In this document: positions 1 to 8,041 of the stretch, one piece after another | How positions within the stretch are numbered: the first letter of the stretch is position 1 | Layout: each line of letters starts with the position of its first letter | Source: Chloroflexota bacterium | GTDB taxonomy: Bacteria > Chloroflexota > Anaerolineae > Ardenticatenales > JAADHH01 | Reading direction: 5' to 3' | Length of the DNA: 64,000 bases | NCBI GenBank assembly: GCA_013151955.1 | Contig: JAADHH010000041.1 | Location: 8,969-72,968 of the forward strand | Translations under genes and position numbers: made by a program | The notes under the pieces: model-generated | Told to the model about the DNA's origin: nothing | What the model saw: the letters and a program-made list of their open reading frames with translations, nothing else | Database searches by the model: none

Positions 1-2530
1 CCACTTCCGGTGCCGGCGTCTCCTCCGGCGGGATCGGCTCTTTGGCCAGGGCGATCTCCAGGGCTTGCTCGATGCGTTCGACCAATTCGAAGTGCATGTC
101 ATCACGCACTTCATCGGGCAGGTCATCCAGGTCCTTCTCGTTGCGTTTGGGCAGGATGACAGTGGTCAGCTCTGCGCGATGGGCGGCCAGCATCTTCTGT
201 TTGATGCCGCCCACCGGCAACACCTGGCCACGCAGGGTGATTTCGCCGGTCATGCCCACGTTGGGGCGCACCGGGCGACGGGTGAGGAGAGAGGTGAGGG
301 CCGTCACCATGGTCACACCGGCAGAGGGACCATCTTTGGGGATAGCGCCGGCCGGCACGTGCAAATGGATGTCGGTATTCTCGAAGACATCGTCTGGGAT
401 GTTTTGGCGGCTGGCGCTGGCCCGCACATAGCTTTGGGCGATTTTCGCGGACTCGCGCATCACTTCGCCCAGTTGGCCGGTCAGGGTCAGCCCACCCTTG
501 CCCGGCATCTTCGTTGCCTCGACGAAGAGGATGTCGCCACCGACAGCGGTGACGGCCAGGCCGGTGGCCACCCCCGGACGGGAGGTCCGTTCGGGCACTT
601 CCAGGTAAAACTTTGGTTTGCCCAAGTATTCCAATACAATATCGGCATCTACAATGACGGGCTCTGTCACCGTGCCGGCAGCGATCTTCGTGGCCACCTT
701 GCGGCACACGCTGCCAATTTCCCGTTCCAGGTTGCGGACGCCGGCTTCGCGTGTGAAATCCCGAATGATTGCGCGCAGCCCATCGGGTGTGAATTGGATT
801 TCGTCTTCCCGCAGGGTTGTGGCGCGCATTTGACGGGGAACCAGGTAGCCCTCGGCGATCTTCACCTTCTCGCCCTCGGTGTAGCCGTCCAGTTCTAGAA
901 TCTCCATGCGGTCGCGCAAGGGGGCCGGAATCGGGCTGAGCAGATTGGCGGTGGTGATGAACATGACCTGAGAAAGGTCAAAGTCCACGTCCAGGTAGTG
1001 GTCGCGGAAGGCGTTGTTCTGCTGCGGATCGAGGACTTCGAGCAGGGCGGAGGAGGGGTCGCCCCGCCAATCGGTGCCGATTTTATCCACCTCGTCGAGC
1101 ATAAAGACCGGATTGCGTGTGCCGGCCCGTTTGACTGCCTGGACAATGCGGCCGGGCATTGCGCCGATGTAGGTGCGGCGGTGGCCGCGAATTTCCGCTT
1201 CGTCCCGCATACCACCCAGCGACATGCGCGTAAACTTGCGGCCCATGGCCCGGGCAATCGAACGACCCAGTGAGGTTTTGCCTGTACCCGGCGGCCCCAC
1301 GAAACACAAGATTGCCCCTTCGGCGATGGGGTCTTGCAAAGCCAGGGGGAGGTCTTCCTGCGGCTGCTCCTCCACAGGTTCTGGGGCGACAGCGGAATCT
1401 TCGGTGACCTCTTGCCCATTGCCCGGCTCGATTTCTTCCTCCGGTTCTTCCGCGCGTTCGAGGCGCAGCTTACGAACGGCCAGGTATTCGATGATTCGTT
1501 CTTTGATTTCTTCCAGGTCGTAGTGGTCCTCGTCGAGAACTTTTTGGGCGTGGGGAATATCCAGATTATCGTCCGTGCTGACCTGCCAGGGAAGGTCCGT
1601 AAGCCAGTCCAGGTAGGTTTTGATCACGGAGTATTCTGCGGCCTGGGGGGGCATCTTCTCCATGCGTCCCAACTCACGTAGCGCTTCTTTTTTTGCTTCC
1701 GCGGTCATGCCGGCGGCATCAATCTTTTCGCGGTATTCTTGCGTGACCTGTGCGCCCTCGTCGCCTTCGCCCAATTCTTTCTGGATCGCTTTGAGTTGTT
1801 CGCGCAAAAAGTATTCCCGCTGCATTTTTTCCATTTCGGACTGCGCTTCGGTCTGAATCTTGCGTCCCAGTTCCAGCACTTCGAGCTCTTTGTTCAAGAT
1901 GGTCGTGAGCTTGCGCAACTTGGCACCGATATAGTCTGCCTCCAGAATTTCCTGCGCATCGGGGATGTCCATGCGGATGCTGGTGGCGATGAGGTAGGCA
2001 AGATGGCGCGGGTCATCGGCGTTCATGGCCGCCATCATCAGTTCGTCGGGCAGGTGGGGCACCAGTGCGATGAGCCTCCGGAAAAGGTCGGTCAGGTTTC
2101 GGACCAGCGCTTCGACCTCTACGCTTTCTTCGACGATGTCTGGACGCAGGTGCAGTGATGCCCGGAGGTAGGGTGTTTCGGAGATCCATTGTTCGATTGC
2201 GAACCGTTCCATGCCCTGAATAATGAGGCGCACAGAACCATCGGGGGTCTTGAGCAAACGATGAATCAGCGCGGCGGTGCCGATTTGATACACGTCACTG
2301 GGGCCGGGTTGTTCCACTGTGGGGTCTTTCATAGCCACCAGGCCGATGATGCGGTCGCCAATGACTGCGTCATCTACCAGCCGGATCGATCGGGCCTGTT
2401 CCGCACTGAGTGGCAACACGGTTAACGGAAAAACGACGGTGTTGCGTAGGGGAAGGATGGGCAATTCATGTGGAATGACCATCCCATCAGGATCGGATTG
2501 TGTTAGGAATGGTTGATTGTCTTGGGCCAT
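1..2530 (-). CDS. lon: ATP-dependent Lon protease (C-terminus runs off the left edge of the window)
   Basis: Absent from the supplied ORF track because it is edge-truncated. Reverse-strand translation from ATG 2530-2528 gives [43 protein letters not shown] (Lon N-terminal pattern) and stays open to position 2. Walker [10 protein letters not shown] is encoded near 1268-1300. The left end reads [29 protein letters not shown]...[21 protein letters not shown], the Lon protease domain with the catalytic Ser context PKDGPSAG. Confidence 0.9.
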   Translation of the reverse strand, partial: MAQDNQPFLTQSDPDGMVIPHELPILPLRNTVVFPLTVLPLSAEQARSIRLVDDAVIGDRIIGLVAMKDPTVEQPGPSDVYQIGTAALIHRLLKTPDGSVRLIIQGMERFAIEQWISETPYLRASLHLRPDIVEESVEVEALVRNLTDLFRRLIALVPHLPDELMMAAMNADDPRHLAYLIATSIRMDIPDAQEILEADYIGAKLRKLTTILNKELEVLELGRKIQTEAQSEMEKMQREYFLREQLKAIQKELGEGDEGAQVTQEYREKIDAAGMTAEAKKEALRELGRMEKMPPQAAEYSVIKTYLDWLTDLPWQVSTDDNLDIPHAQKVLDEDHYDLEEIKERIIEYLAVRKLRLERAEEPEEEIEPGNGQEVTEDSAVAPEPVEEQPQEDLPLALQDPIAEGAILCFVGPPGTGKTSLGRSIARAMGRKFTRMSLGGMRDEAEIRGHRRTYIGAMPGRIVQAVKRAGTRNPVFMLDEVDKIGTDWRGDPSSALLEVLDPQQNNAFRDHYLDVDFDLSQVMFITTANLLSPIPAPLRDRMEILELDGYTEGEKVKIAEGYLVPRQMRATTLREDEIQFTPDGLRAIIRDFTREAGVRNLEREIGSVCRKVATKIAAGTVTEPVIVDADIVLEYLGKPKFYLEVPERTSRPGVATGLAVTAVGGDILFVEATKMPGKGGLTLTGQLGEVMRESAKIAQSYVRASASRQNIPDDVFENTDIHLHVPAGAIPKDGPSAGVTMVTALTSLLTRRPVRPNVGMTGEITLRGQVLPVGGIKQKMLAAHRAELTTVILPKRNEKDLDDLPDEVRDDMHFELVERIEQALEIALAKEPIPPEETPAPEV

Positions 2531-2550
2531 GATGGTATTCTCCCTTTGCC

Positions 2551-3006
2551 TTATAAAACGACTGTAGTAACCGGCACATGTTTTGTCGGGCGATTTTTCC
2601 TTGGCAAAGTAATTGTCAAGAATCCGCCGGCATATTGGGCTTGGATGTTCTCGGAGTCGATGGCCCAAGGAATGTGTACCTGACTAATAAAATCGCCATA
2701 ACAGATTTCCATTTGCTGGTAGACACGATTTGTGGTTTGTTCCGGCGCGTGCCTCGTGCCATTGATCGTAAGTACATCATCCGCAAACATGACCGAAAAA
2801 TCTTGCCCGCGCATACCGGAAACCTCAACGACGACGACAATGGCTTCATCAGATTCAAAAACGTCTGTGGGGGGTTTCCAGGCACGTTGGTGCGAGTAGT
2901 GCATGTTCGAGACCCAACGGCTTCCAATCGCCATCTGTTCGACGAATTGGTTCACTTCCGCTTGTACGCTCACGATTTCTCGAGAACCTCTTTCACGATG
3001 CGTCAT
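2551..3006 (-). CDS. Hsp20/alpha-crystallin family small heat-shock protein
   Basis: 151-aa track ORF with an alpha-crystallin-domain pattern ([22 protein letters not shown]...[12 protein letters not shown]...[12 protein letters not shown]). Lies next to lon. Confidence 0.85.
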   Translation of the reverse strand: MTHRERGSREIVSVQAEVNQFVEQMAIGSRWVSNMHYSHQRAWKPPTDVFESDEAIVVVVEVSGMRGQDFSVMFADDVLTINGTRHAPEQTTNRVYQQMEICYGDFISQVHIPWAIDSENIQAQYAGGFLTITLPRKNRPTKHVPVTTVVL

Positions 3007-3042
3007 GTTTCTGCTCCTGTCCAGGCTGGTCTGCTACGAAAA

Positions 3043-3140
3043 TAACGTGTCGAGTGTCAGGTGTCACGTAATGCGTTATGCGTGTTGCGCGCCACTCGCT
3101 CATTGACAATTGAAAATTGACATTTGATCATTGATCATTG
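3043..3140. repeat. Run of about 14 phased heptanucleotide units between the GGDEF gene and hsp20
   Basis: Read directly from the sequence: AACGTGT CGAGTGT CAGGTGT CACGTAA TGCGTTA TGCGTGT TGCGCGC CACTCGC, then CATTGAC AATTGAA AATTGAC ATTTGAT CATTGAT CATTG. The 5' part resembles the family-B repeat (..cacgttattttc..) in reverse orientation. Confidence 0.7.
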
Positions 3141-3193
3141 CACTGCCCTGGTGGTGGCGCGTAACGGCGCTCAGTGTCACGATGCCAAGGCTT

Positions 3194-4714
3194 CTAATAC
3201 TCGGTTACCACGCGATTGCGTCCGTTTGTCTTGGCCTGGTAGAGGGCAGAATCGACTTTGGCGATGATCGCTTCGCTATCGTCTGTGCCGCAATCCGGCC
3301 AGGCCGTCACGCCTATGCTCACGGTGACGCGCGCATCGCCGGCCGTTGTGTGCACAACCGTATCGGCGATGCGGGTACGCACCCGCTCCGCAACCAGTGA
3401 GGCTTGAGCCGACTCTGTCTCGGGGAGAAGAACCATGAACTCCTCGCCTCCGTAACGTCCTATTTCATCTGGCTCGCGCAACTCTTCTATACACTGGGAC
3501 ACGATGGCCTGGAGCACTTGATCGCCAACCTGGTGGCCGAAGGTATCGTTCACGCGTTTGAAATGATCAATGTCCAGCATCATCAGTCCGAAGGGCCTCC
3601 CGTAGCGACTGCTGCGCAACATCTCCTGGTCAAGGAGGTGCAAGAAGTGGCTGCGGTTGTATATGCCGGTCAGTCCATCGGTAATGGCCATCTGCCGGAT
3701 CTTGTCATACAACCAGGCATTTTCCATGACCACGGCCGCTTGAGAGACCAGTTGTTGCGCGGTGCGCTCGTCTTCGGGACCAATGAGCAGTCTGTGGTCA
3801 CCGGCGATGACGAATACGCCTTTCGCTGCGCCCCCTCTCAAAATGGGTATGTGATAGACCGTCTCCAACTGGTTGCGCATGGGGGCGGGGCTGTCGTCGT
3901 GTTGAGAAGGTGCCACGTATCGCCGAATCTGCTGGCCCTGCCCATCAAAAGGGAGCGAGGCTTCTTGCAGGGCCTTTTCTTCCAGCCTGGCGATATAGGT
4001 TGGACTTACCGGCCGGATCGGAACGATGTGCAATGCCGTGTCCTGTTCTATGGTGTGTACCAGCGCAACGGCATCAATCTCGAACATCTGGGCAATCTTT
4101 TTCACGGCAGCGCGCACAGTGTCGTGGTAGCTTACCATGGGAGAGGCCAACTGCGTGATCTCATTCATGACGGTGACTTCGTAGAGTCGCCGGTCCAACA
4201 GGTTGTTCACGCGCTCCAATATACTGAAGGGGGTGGATGATTGAGATACGGCCCCTTCTGGTTGAGTCGGACGGACTTTATGGTGTTTCGCGAGCAATTC
4301 CTGGACAAGGGCAAGCAATTCATCCGTATCGCCCCCCTTGGTAAGGTATCCATCGGCACCGGTGCTCAACCCCCAGTAGCGGTCGGTGCGTTGCGATTTG
4401 GACGTAAGCATGATCACAGGAATGTCTGTCGTTGCCGGATCGCTTTTCAAGAGACGGCACACTTGATAGCCATTGATTTGGGGCATCATGATATCGAGTA
4501 TGATAAGATCAGGGGCTTGTTCATAGGCGGCTTGAATTGCTTGGAAGCCATCCAGAACGGTACTTGTTTTATACCCCGCACCCTCCAGAATTGCCCCAGT
4601 CATTCGCAAAACCAGCCGGCTGTCATCAGCGATCAAGATGTGCTTCTTCTCGCGATCCGCCGGCATTTCACTCCCGACTTCTTGTTGGCTCATGTGCCAA
4701 GAACCTCCAGGCAT
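3194..4714 (-). CDS. Response-regulator receiver + GAF-like + GGDEF diguanylate cyclase (RxxD I-site present)
   Basis: REC motif KKHILIADD...DLIILDIMMP. GGDEF domain with REPDEIGRYGGEEF (RxxD five residues before GGEEF). The stop of cheA (4715-4717) directly abuts ATG 4714. An alternative start at ATG 4693 has GGAGG about 10 nt upstream. Confidence 0.85.
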   Translation of the reverse strand: MPGGSWHMSQQEVGSEMPADREKKHILIADDSRLVLRMTGAILEGAGYKTSTVLDGFQAIQAAYEQAPDLIILDIMMPQINGYQVCRLLKSDPATTDIPVIMLTSKSQRTDRYWGLSTGADGYLTKGGDTDELLALVQELLAKHHKVRPTQPEGAVSQSSTPFSILERVNNLLDRRLYEVTVMNEITQLASPMVSYHDTVRAAVKKIAQMFEIDAVALVHTIEQDTALHIVPIRPVSPTYIARLEEKALQEASLPFDGQGQQIRRYVAPSQHDDSPAPMRNQLETVYHIPILRGGAAKGVFVIAGDHRLLIGPEDERTAQQLVSQAAVVMENAWLYDKIRQMAITDGLTGIYNRSHFLHLLDQEMLRSSRYGRPFGLMMLDIDHFKRVNDTFGHQVGDQVLQAIVSQCIEELREPDEIGRYGGEEFMVLLPETESAQASLVAERVRTRIADTVVHTTAGDARVTVSIGVTAWPDCGTDDSEAIIAKVDSALYQAKTNGRNRVVTEY

Positions 4715-6508
4715 TCACGATGCTTGTGGTCGCCAAGTCTGAATGAGTTTCGCTAGATGCGCTGTGTCCAAGATGATTACGATGCGCCCGTCGCCCATTA
4801 TGGTCGCGCCGGCAGTCTTTGGTGCGTTGGCCAAAAAAGGGCCCAAAGACTTGGATATTACTTCCTGTTCGTCCAGCAAGTGGTCTACAGCCAGGGCCGA
4901 CAAGCCGGTGTGTCTCAGAATGACGACCGGAATTGCATTCCCGTTTGGCGTCCAGGCAGATTTGTTTTCCAAAAGCTCATAGAGAGGAGCCAACGGAACT
5001 ATTTTGTCCCGGTATCGTAGAGCGAGACGGCCATCGATTCGTTGGATGGCTTCGGCGCGCACTACGCCGGTGGAAACCACAGATAGCGTGGGCAGCGCCC
5101 ACTGGTATCCTCCACATTCCACAAACAGGGCGTGGACGGTGGAAAGGGACAGGGGGAACGTGAGTACAAACCGGGTACCCTTTCCCAGGTCACTGGAGAC
5201 CAAAAACGTGCCCCGCAGTGCTTCCACCTGTTGTCGGGCGGCACTCATCCCCACGCCCCGTCCAGATGTGTCCGTGAGTTGCTTGCTGGTGCTCAGTCCA
5301 TCGTGAAAGATGAGCTCTATGGCCTGGTCGTCGTCCATCTGCTCCGCTTCGGCGGTCGAGATGATGCCCTTCTCCACAGCCCGCGATTTGATGCGCGATG
5401 GGTCGATGCCTCTGCCATCATCCTCGACCGTGATCTGCACGCGGTCCCCCCCCAGTGTGGCAGAAATGTGGATGTGGCCGGAAGGTGGCTTGCCCCGGGT
5501 TATTCGTTCATCCACCGGCTCGATGCCATGGTCTACGGCATTGCGCAACAGGTGGATTAGGGGGGAGGCCAATCCTTCGATGATTTCTCTATCGAGGGCG
5601 GTTTCGCCTCCTTCGATAGTCAGGCGGACATCTTTGCCCTGCTGTCGCGCCAGATCGCGAGCTGCCCGGGGCAAAACCGAGAGGACCGTAGAAACCGGCA
5701 AAAGGCGCATGTAGAGAACTTGTTCTTTCAACTGGTCTGTCAAGTCATCGGTGACATCCAGGTATTGCTCGTAGGTGAGCTCCAATTCGCTGACATACCG
5801 GTAGAGGTCGCGAAGCTGGTTCGTGGCCCACACGCTGCGCTCTGAATCTTGTTTTTCTGTGGTGCGGTCATTGCCATTTTGTCCCATGGTCTCGCGACCG
5901 AGCTTGCGCAACCGGGCGGCAAGATCACCCAGTTCCCTAAGGTATCGAAGCGACTGGAGCTTTGTCATGGTCAACTCAGAACTGATTGAGACCAGGCGAT
6001 CGATTTGTCCTACGCTGACGCGGAGTGTTTCTATGGTTGTGGGGCGTGCCGCAGATTGTATGTCGGGAACAGGTGTTTCTGCGGGCTCGGCCTGTACTTC
6101 GATTGTTTTCCCTTCTGCCGCAGCAACCAGTGCTTCGCACAGCTCGTCCACATCCAGTGAAGCCGTCTCCTGCTTTTCAGCAGCACGTGTGTGAATCTCT
6201 ATGGCATCTATGCCACGGAGCAGAAGGTCGTTGAGTGCCGGTGTGATGGGCTTCTTTTCTCTTTCCAGCGTTTCGAAGACATCCTCCATGCTGTGGGCCA
6301 CACGCGCTATGGTTTCCAGCCCCATAATTTTCGCGGCTCCCTTTATGCTGTGGGCAGCGCGAAAGACATCGTGCAGGCTCTCGATGTTATCCGGGTTCCT
6401 CTCCAACTCCAGCAGGCCGGAAGTGATCGCTTGAATGCGCTCTTCAATTTCCTGGACGAATTCGCCCATAAAGGCGGAAACGTCAAACCCATCTGCGAGA
6501 TTTGTCAT
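4715..6508 (-). CDS. cheA: Chemotaxis histidine kinase CheA
   Basis: HPt motif HSIKGAAKIMGL. N-box HLLRNAVDHGIE, G1 DDGRGID, G2 GRGVGMSA. C-terminal CheW-like region. ATGA start/stop overlap with cheW at 6505-6508. Confidence 0.9.
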   Translation of the reverse strand: MTNLADGFDVSAFMGEFVQEIEERIQAITSGLLELERNPDNIESLHDVFRAAHSIKGAAKIMGLETIARVAHSMEDVFETLEREKKPITPALNDLLLRGIDAIEIHTRAAEKQETASLDVDELCEALVAAAEGKTIEVQAEPAETPVPDIQSAARPTTIETLRVSVGQIDRLVSISSELTMTKLQSLRYLRELGDLAARLRKLGRETMGQNGNDRTTEKQDSERSVWATNQLRDLYRYVSELELTYEQYLDVTDDLTDQLKEQVLYMRLLPVSTVLSVLPRAARDLARQQGKDVRLTIEGGETALDREIIEGLASPLIHLLRNAVDHGIEPVDERITRGKPPSGHIHISATLGGDRVQITVEDDGRGIDPSRIKSRAVEKGIISTAEAEQMDDDQAIELIFHDGLSTSKQLTDTSGRGVGMSAARQQVEALRGTFLVSSDLGKGTRFVLTFPLSLSTVHALFVECGGYQWALPTLSVVSTGVVRAEAIQRIDGRLALRYRDKIVPLAPLYELLENKSAWTPNGNAIPVVILRHTGLSALAVDHLLDEQEVISKSLGPFLANAPKTAGATIMGDGRIVIILDTAHLAKLIQTWRPQAS

Positions 6509-7005
6509 GGTTTTGTGTCGTCCATAAGAATGGTCGATAGTCGGTCTGCATCCAAGACACCGACAAGTTGGCCATCCACATCAATGAAGCCACGGAACAG
6601 TTGCGGCCCGGCCGGAGTGGATAAAGGGGGCGCTATCTCCGTGTCGGAAACCTCACGCACATCACCGGTATGTGATGTCAGCAAGCCACAAGCGTGCCCG
6701 CCCACCGAGACCATGAGGATGCAGCAATCGGTTTCGTGCGAGTCCCGCGCTATTTGCCCGTAGATTTGGGCAAGGTCCACGACTGCGGTGATGTTGCCGC
6801 GCAAGTTCACGACCCCGGCAATGTACGGCGGCATATCCGGCACCGGCGTGATCGGCAGCATGGGTTCTACACTCAATACGTGCTCGATTTCCAGGGCCAA
6901 CTGCATCTCTCCTACGTCGAAAACTACGTAGGGTGTGCACTCTGCGGTTGTTTTCGCCTGACGAGACGAATGTGCATTTGAATTGGATTGGGCCATATTC
7001 CCCAT
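6505..7005 (-). CDS. cheW: Chemotaxis coupling protein CheW
   Basis: 166-aa ORF with a CheW-like pattern (YVVFDVGEMQLALEIEHVLSV...VVNLRGNITAVVDL...GFIDVDGQLVGVLD). Translationally coupled to cheA. Confidence 0.85.
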   Translation of the reverse strand: MGNMAQSNSNAHSSRQAKTTAECTPYVVFDVGEMQLALEIEHVLSVEPMLPITPVPDMPPYIAGVVNLRGNITAVVDLAQIYGQIARDSHETDCCILMVSVGGHACGLLTSHTGDVREVSDTEIAPPLSTPAGPQLFRGFIDVDGQLVGVLDADRLSTILMDDTKP

Positions 7006-7025
7006 CTTCGTTTCAAGAAGTTCAA

Positions 7026-7156
7026 GTATCTTCGCAAAAAGTAGGGGCGTACCCTTGCGGTCGCCCTACGGGGCAGGGTCGCCCTACGGGGCAGGCGCAA
7101 GGCCGGCAAGGGCAGGCGCAAGGCCGTGCCCCTACCCCGAATTATTGAGAAGATAC
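7026..7156. mobile_element. MITE family A, copy 1 (131 bp)
   Basis: Terminal inverted repeat gtatcttcGcaa ... ttgagaagatac. Internal GC-rich tandem duplications (gtcgccctacggggcagg x2, gcaggcgcaaggccg x2). Flanked by near-identical 8-mers aagttcaa (7018-7025) and cagttcaa (7157-7164). Confidence 0.65.
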
Positions 7157-7164
7157 CAGTTCAA

Positions 7165-7323
7165 ATTCTAAAGCAGTCACCATGAGCGATTGCGCGCCAC
7201 CAACAATGAAAATCGTGTGGAGCGTCGAGCGTGAAGGCGTGAAACGTATTGCGTATTGCGTCTTACGCATCACGCATCACGTTTACGTTTTACCTGACAC
7301 CTGACACGTTATTTTCAAAGCAG
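7165..7323. repeat. Family-B composite intergenic repeat (B1 hairpin module + B2 heptad-doublet module)
   Basis: B1: aaagcagtcaccatgagcgattgcgcgccaccaacaatgaaaat, also at 46977-47019. B2: cgtattg cgtattg cgtctta cgcatca cgcatca cgttta cgtttta cctgaca cctgaca cgttattttcaaagcag, also at 32138-32217, 46913-46983, and in reverse at 24307-24396. Its 3' end overlaps the stop codon of the selenoprotein gene. Confidence 0.8.
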
Positions 7324-7551
7324 CGCACGAAGTGCTGTCTCCACCTCCGGATATGCCGGATGCCTCCCGGTCTCTTTCTTGGAATAGACCAACGTATCTT
7401 TCACAGAAATCTCGAAAACGCCTCCCGTGGAGGGGATAAGCGTGAGCGATGATATTTCATGCTCAAAGTCGGCCAAGATATTTTCCGCCATACTGACGGC
7501 TCGTGGACGATAGTTTCAGACGGCGCAGTATTCAATCGTAATCTTTGGCAT
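7315..7551 (-). CDS. SelW/Rdx-family selenoprotein (CxxU), in-frame TGA at 7516-7518 read as selenocysteine
   Basis: Not in the ORF track because it is split by TGA. Hand translation of the minus strand gives MPKITIEYCAV[TGA]NYRPRAVSMAENILADFEHEISSLTLIPSTGGVFEISVKDTLVYSKKETGRHPAYPEVETALRALL, ending at stop 7315-7317. It matches the SelW/Rdx pattern (I/V-x-YC-x-x-C/U-x-Y ... TG-x-FEV/I ... SKK). GGAG sits 6 nt before the ATG. A small hairpin CCGUC-AGUAU-GGCGG (7499-7485) lies 16 nt after the UGA. Confidence 0.75.
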
Positions 7552-7612
7552 GTTGTGCTCCCCCGTAGGAATTGCGCAATACAGTTCTATTGTTACTGCT
7601 CAGGCAAGGCCC

Positions 7613-7741
7613 GTGCCGGATTGAAATCGGCACTGGGTGCCCCACCAAGCCGCTGAAAGCGGCTGAATCTCCACCGGTAGTAGGGGCGCAAAGCTGTGCG
7701 CCCCTACTACCGTGTGGCCAGTGACGGCTTCAGCCCGTCAC
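7613..7741. repeat. Array of four consecutive perfect or near-perfect hairpins
   Basis: Four hairpins: gtgccgg/tcggcac (7613-7633), agccgc-tgaaa-gcggct (7648-7664), a 15-bp perfect stem ggtagtaggggcgca-aagctg-tgcgcccctactacc (7676-7711), and gtgacgg-cttcagc-ccgtcac (7721-7741). None is followed by a T-run. The third shares the gtaggggcg...cgcccctac core with MITE family A. Confidence 0.7.
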
Positions 7742-7835
7742 GGCAAGGCGGCCTGAGCTGTAACGTTCTATTTGAAGTATAGCACAATGCCCAAGGCTCG
7801 TCAAGGTTATCATCGCAAACGGATAAACAACCTCC

Positions 7836-7864
7836 TTGACAGTTCTTCAATTTTATGATATTAT
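7836..7864 (+). promoter_or_regulatory. Sigma70-type promoter TTGACA-N17-TATTAT upstream of the ATPase/NACHT pair
   Basis: TTGACA at 7836-7841, a 17-nt spacer, and TATTAT at 7859-7864. It sits in a locally AT-rich stretch (about 7780-7940) that contrasts with the GC-rich surroundings. Confidence 0.55.
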
Positions 7865-8041
7865 CTTTTTACCAAATAATTTGGATATGTATTTTCACAG
7901 ACGGACCCAGACAAAGCCTTTCTTGATCTGAGAAAATCTGTGTCTCTCCAACTCGCCGGATTACGATGCAGCTTCGTCGGACGGCAACAAAGAATTGATG
8001 GTGTCAGGCAACGCAACAAAATGAGCGAGGAGGTACCCTGG

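Noticed and set aside
42-2516. Many plus-strand ORFs (for example 65..898, 1739..2158) and short minus-strand ORFs across the first 2.5 kb
   Set aside because: The whole interval is one continuous minus-strand Lon ORF, which I verified codon by codon at both ends and at the Walker A motif. The track omits it only because it is edge-truncated.
3007-3193. CIRCE (HrcA) or other canonical heat-shock operator upstream of hsp20
   Set aside because: No TTAGCACTC-N9-GAGTGCTAA-like inverted repeat is present. Only the heptad repeats are seen.
7020-7160. Short repeated units in several intergenic regions (also 14070-14215, 24180-24440, 46795-47032) considered as a possible CRISPR array
   Set aside because: There is no regular repeat-spacer periodicity of 28-37 nt repeats with unique spacers. 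The units are tandem doublets of 7-18 nt or inverted repeats, and no cas genes are present.
7249-7656. Plus-strand track ORFs 7249..7452 and 7459..7656
   Set aside because: They overlap the minus-strand SelW-like gene and the family-B repeat. Their products have no features, whereas the minus-strand reading matches a known family.
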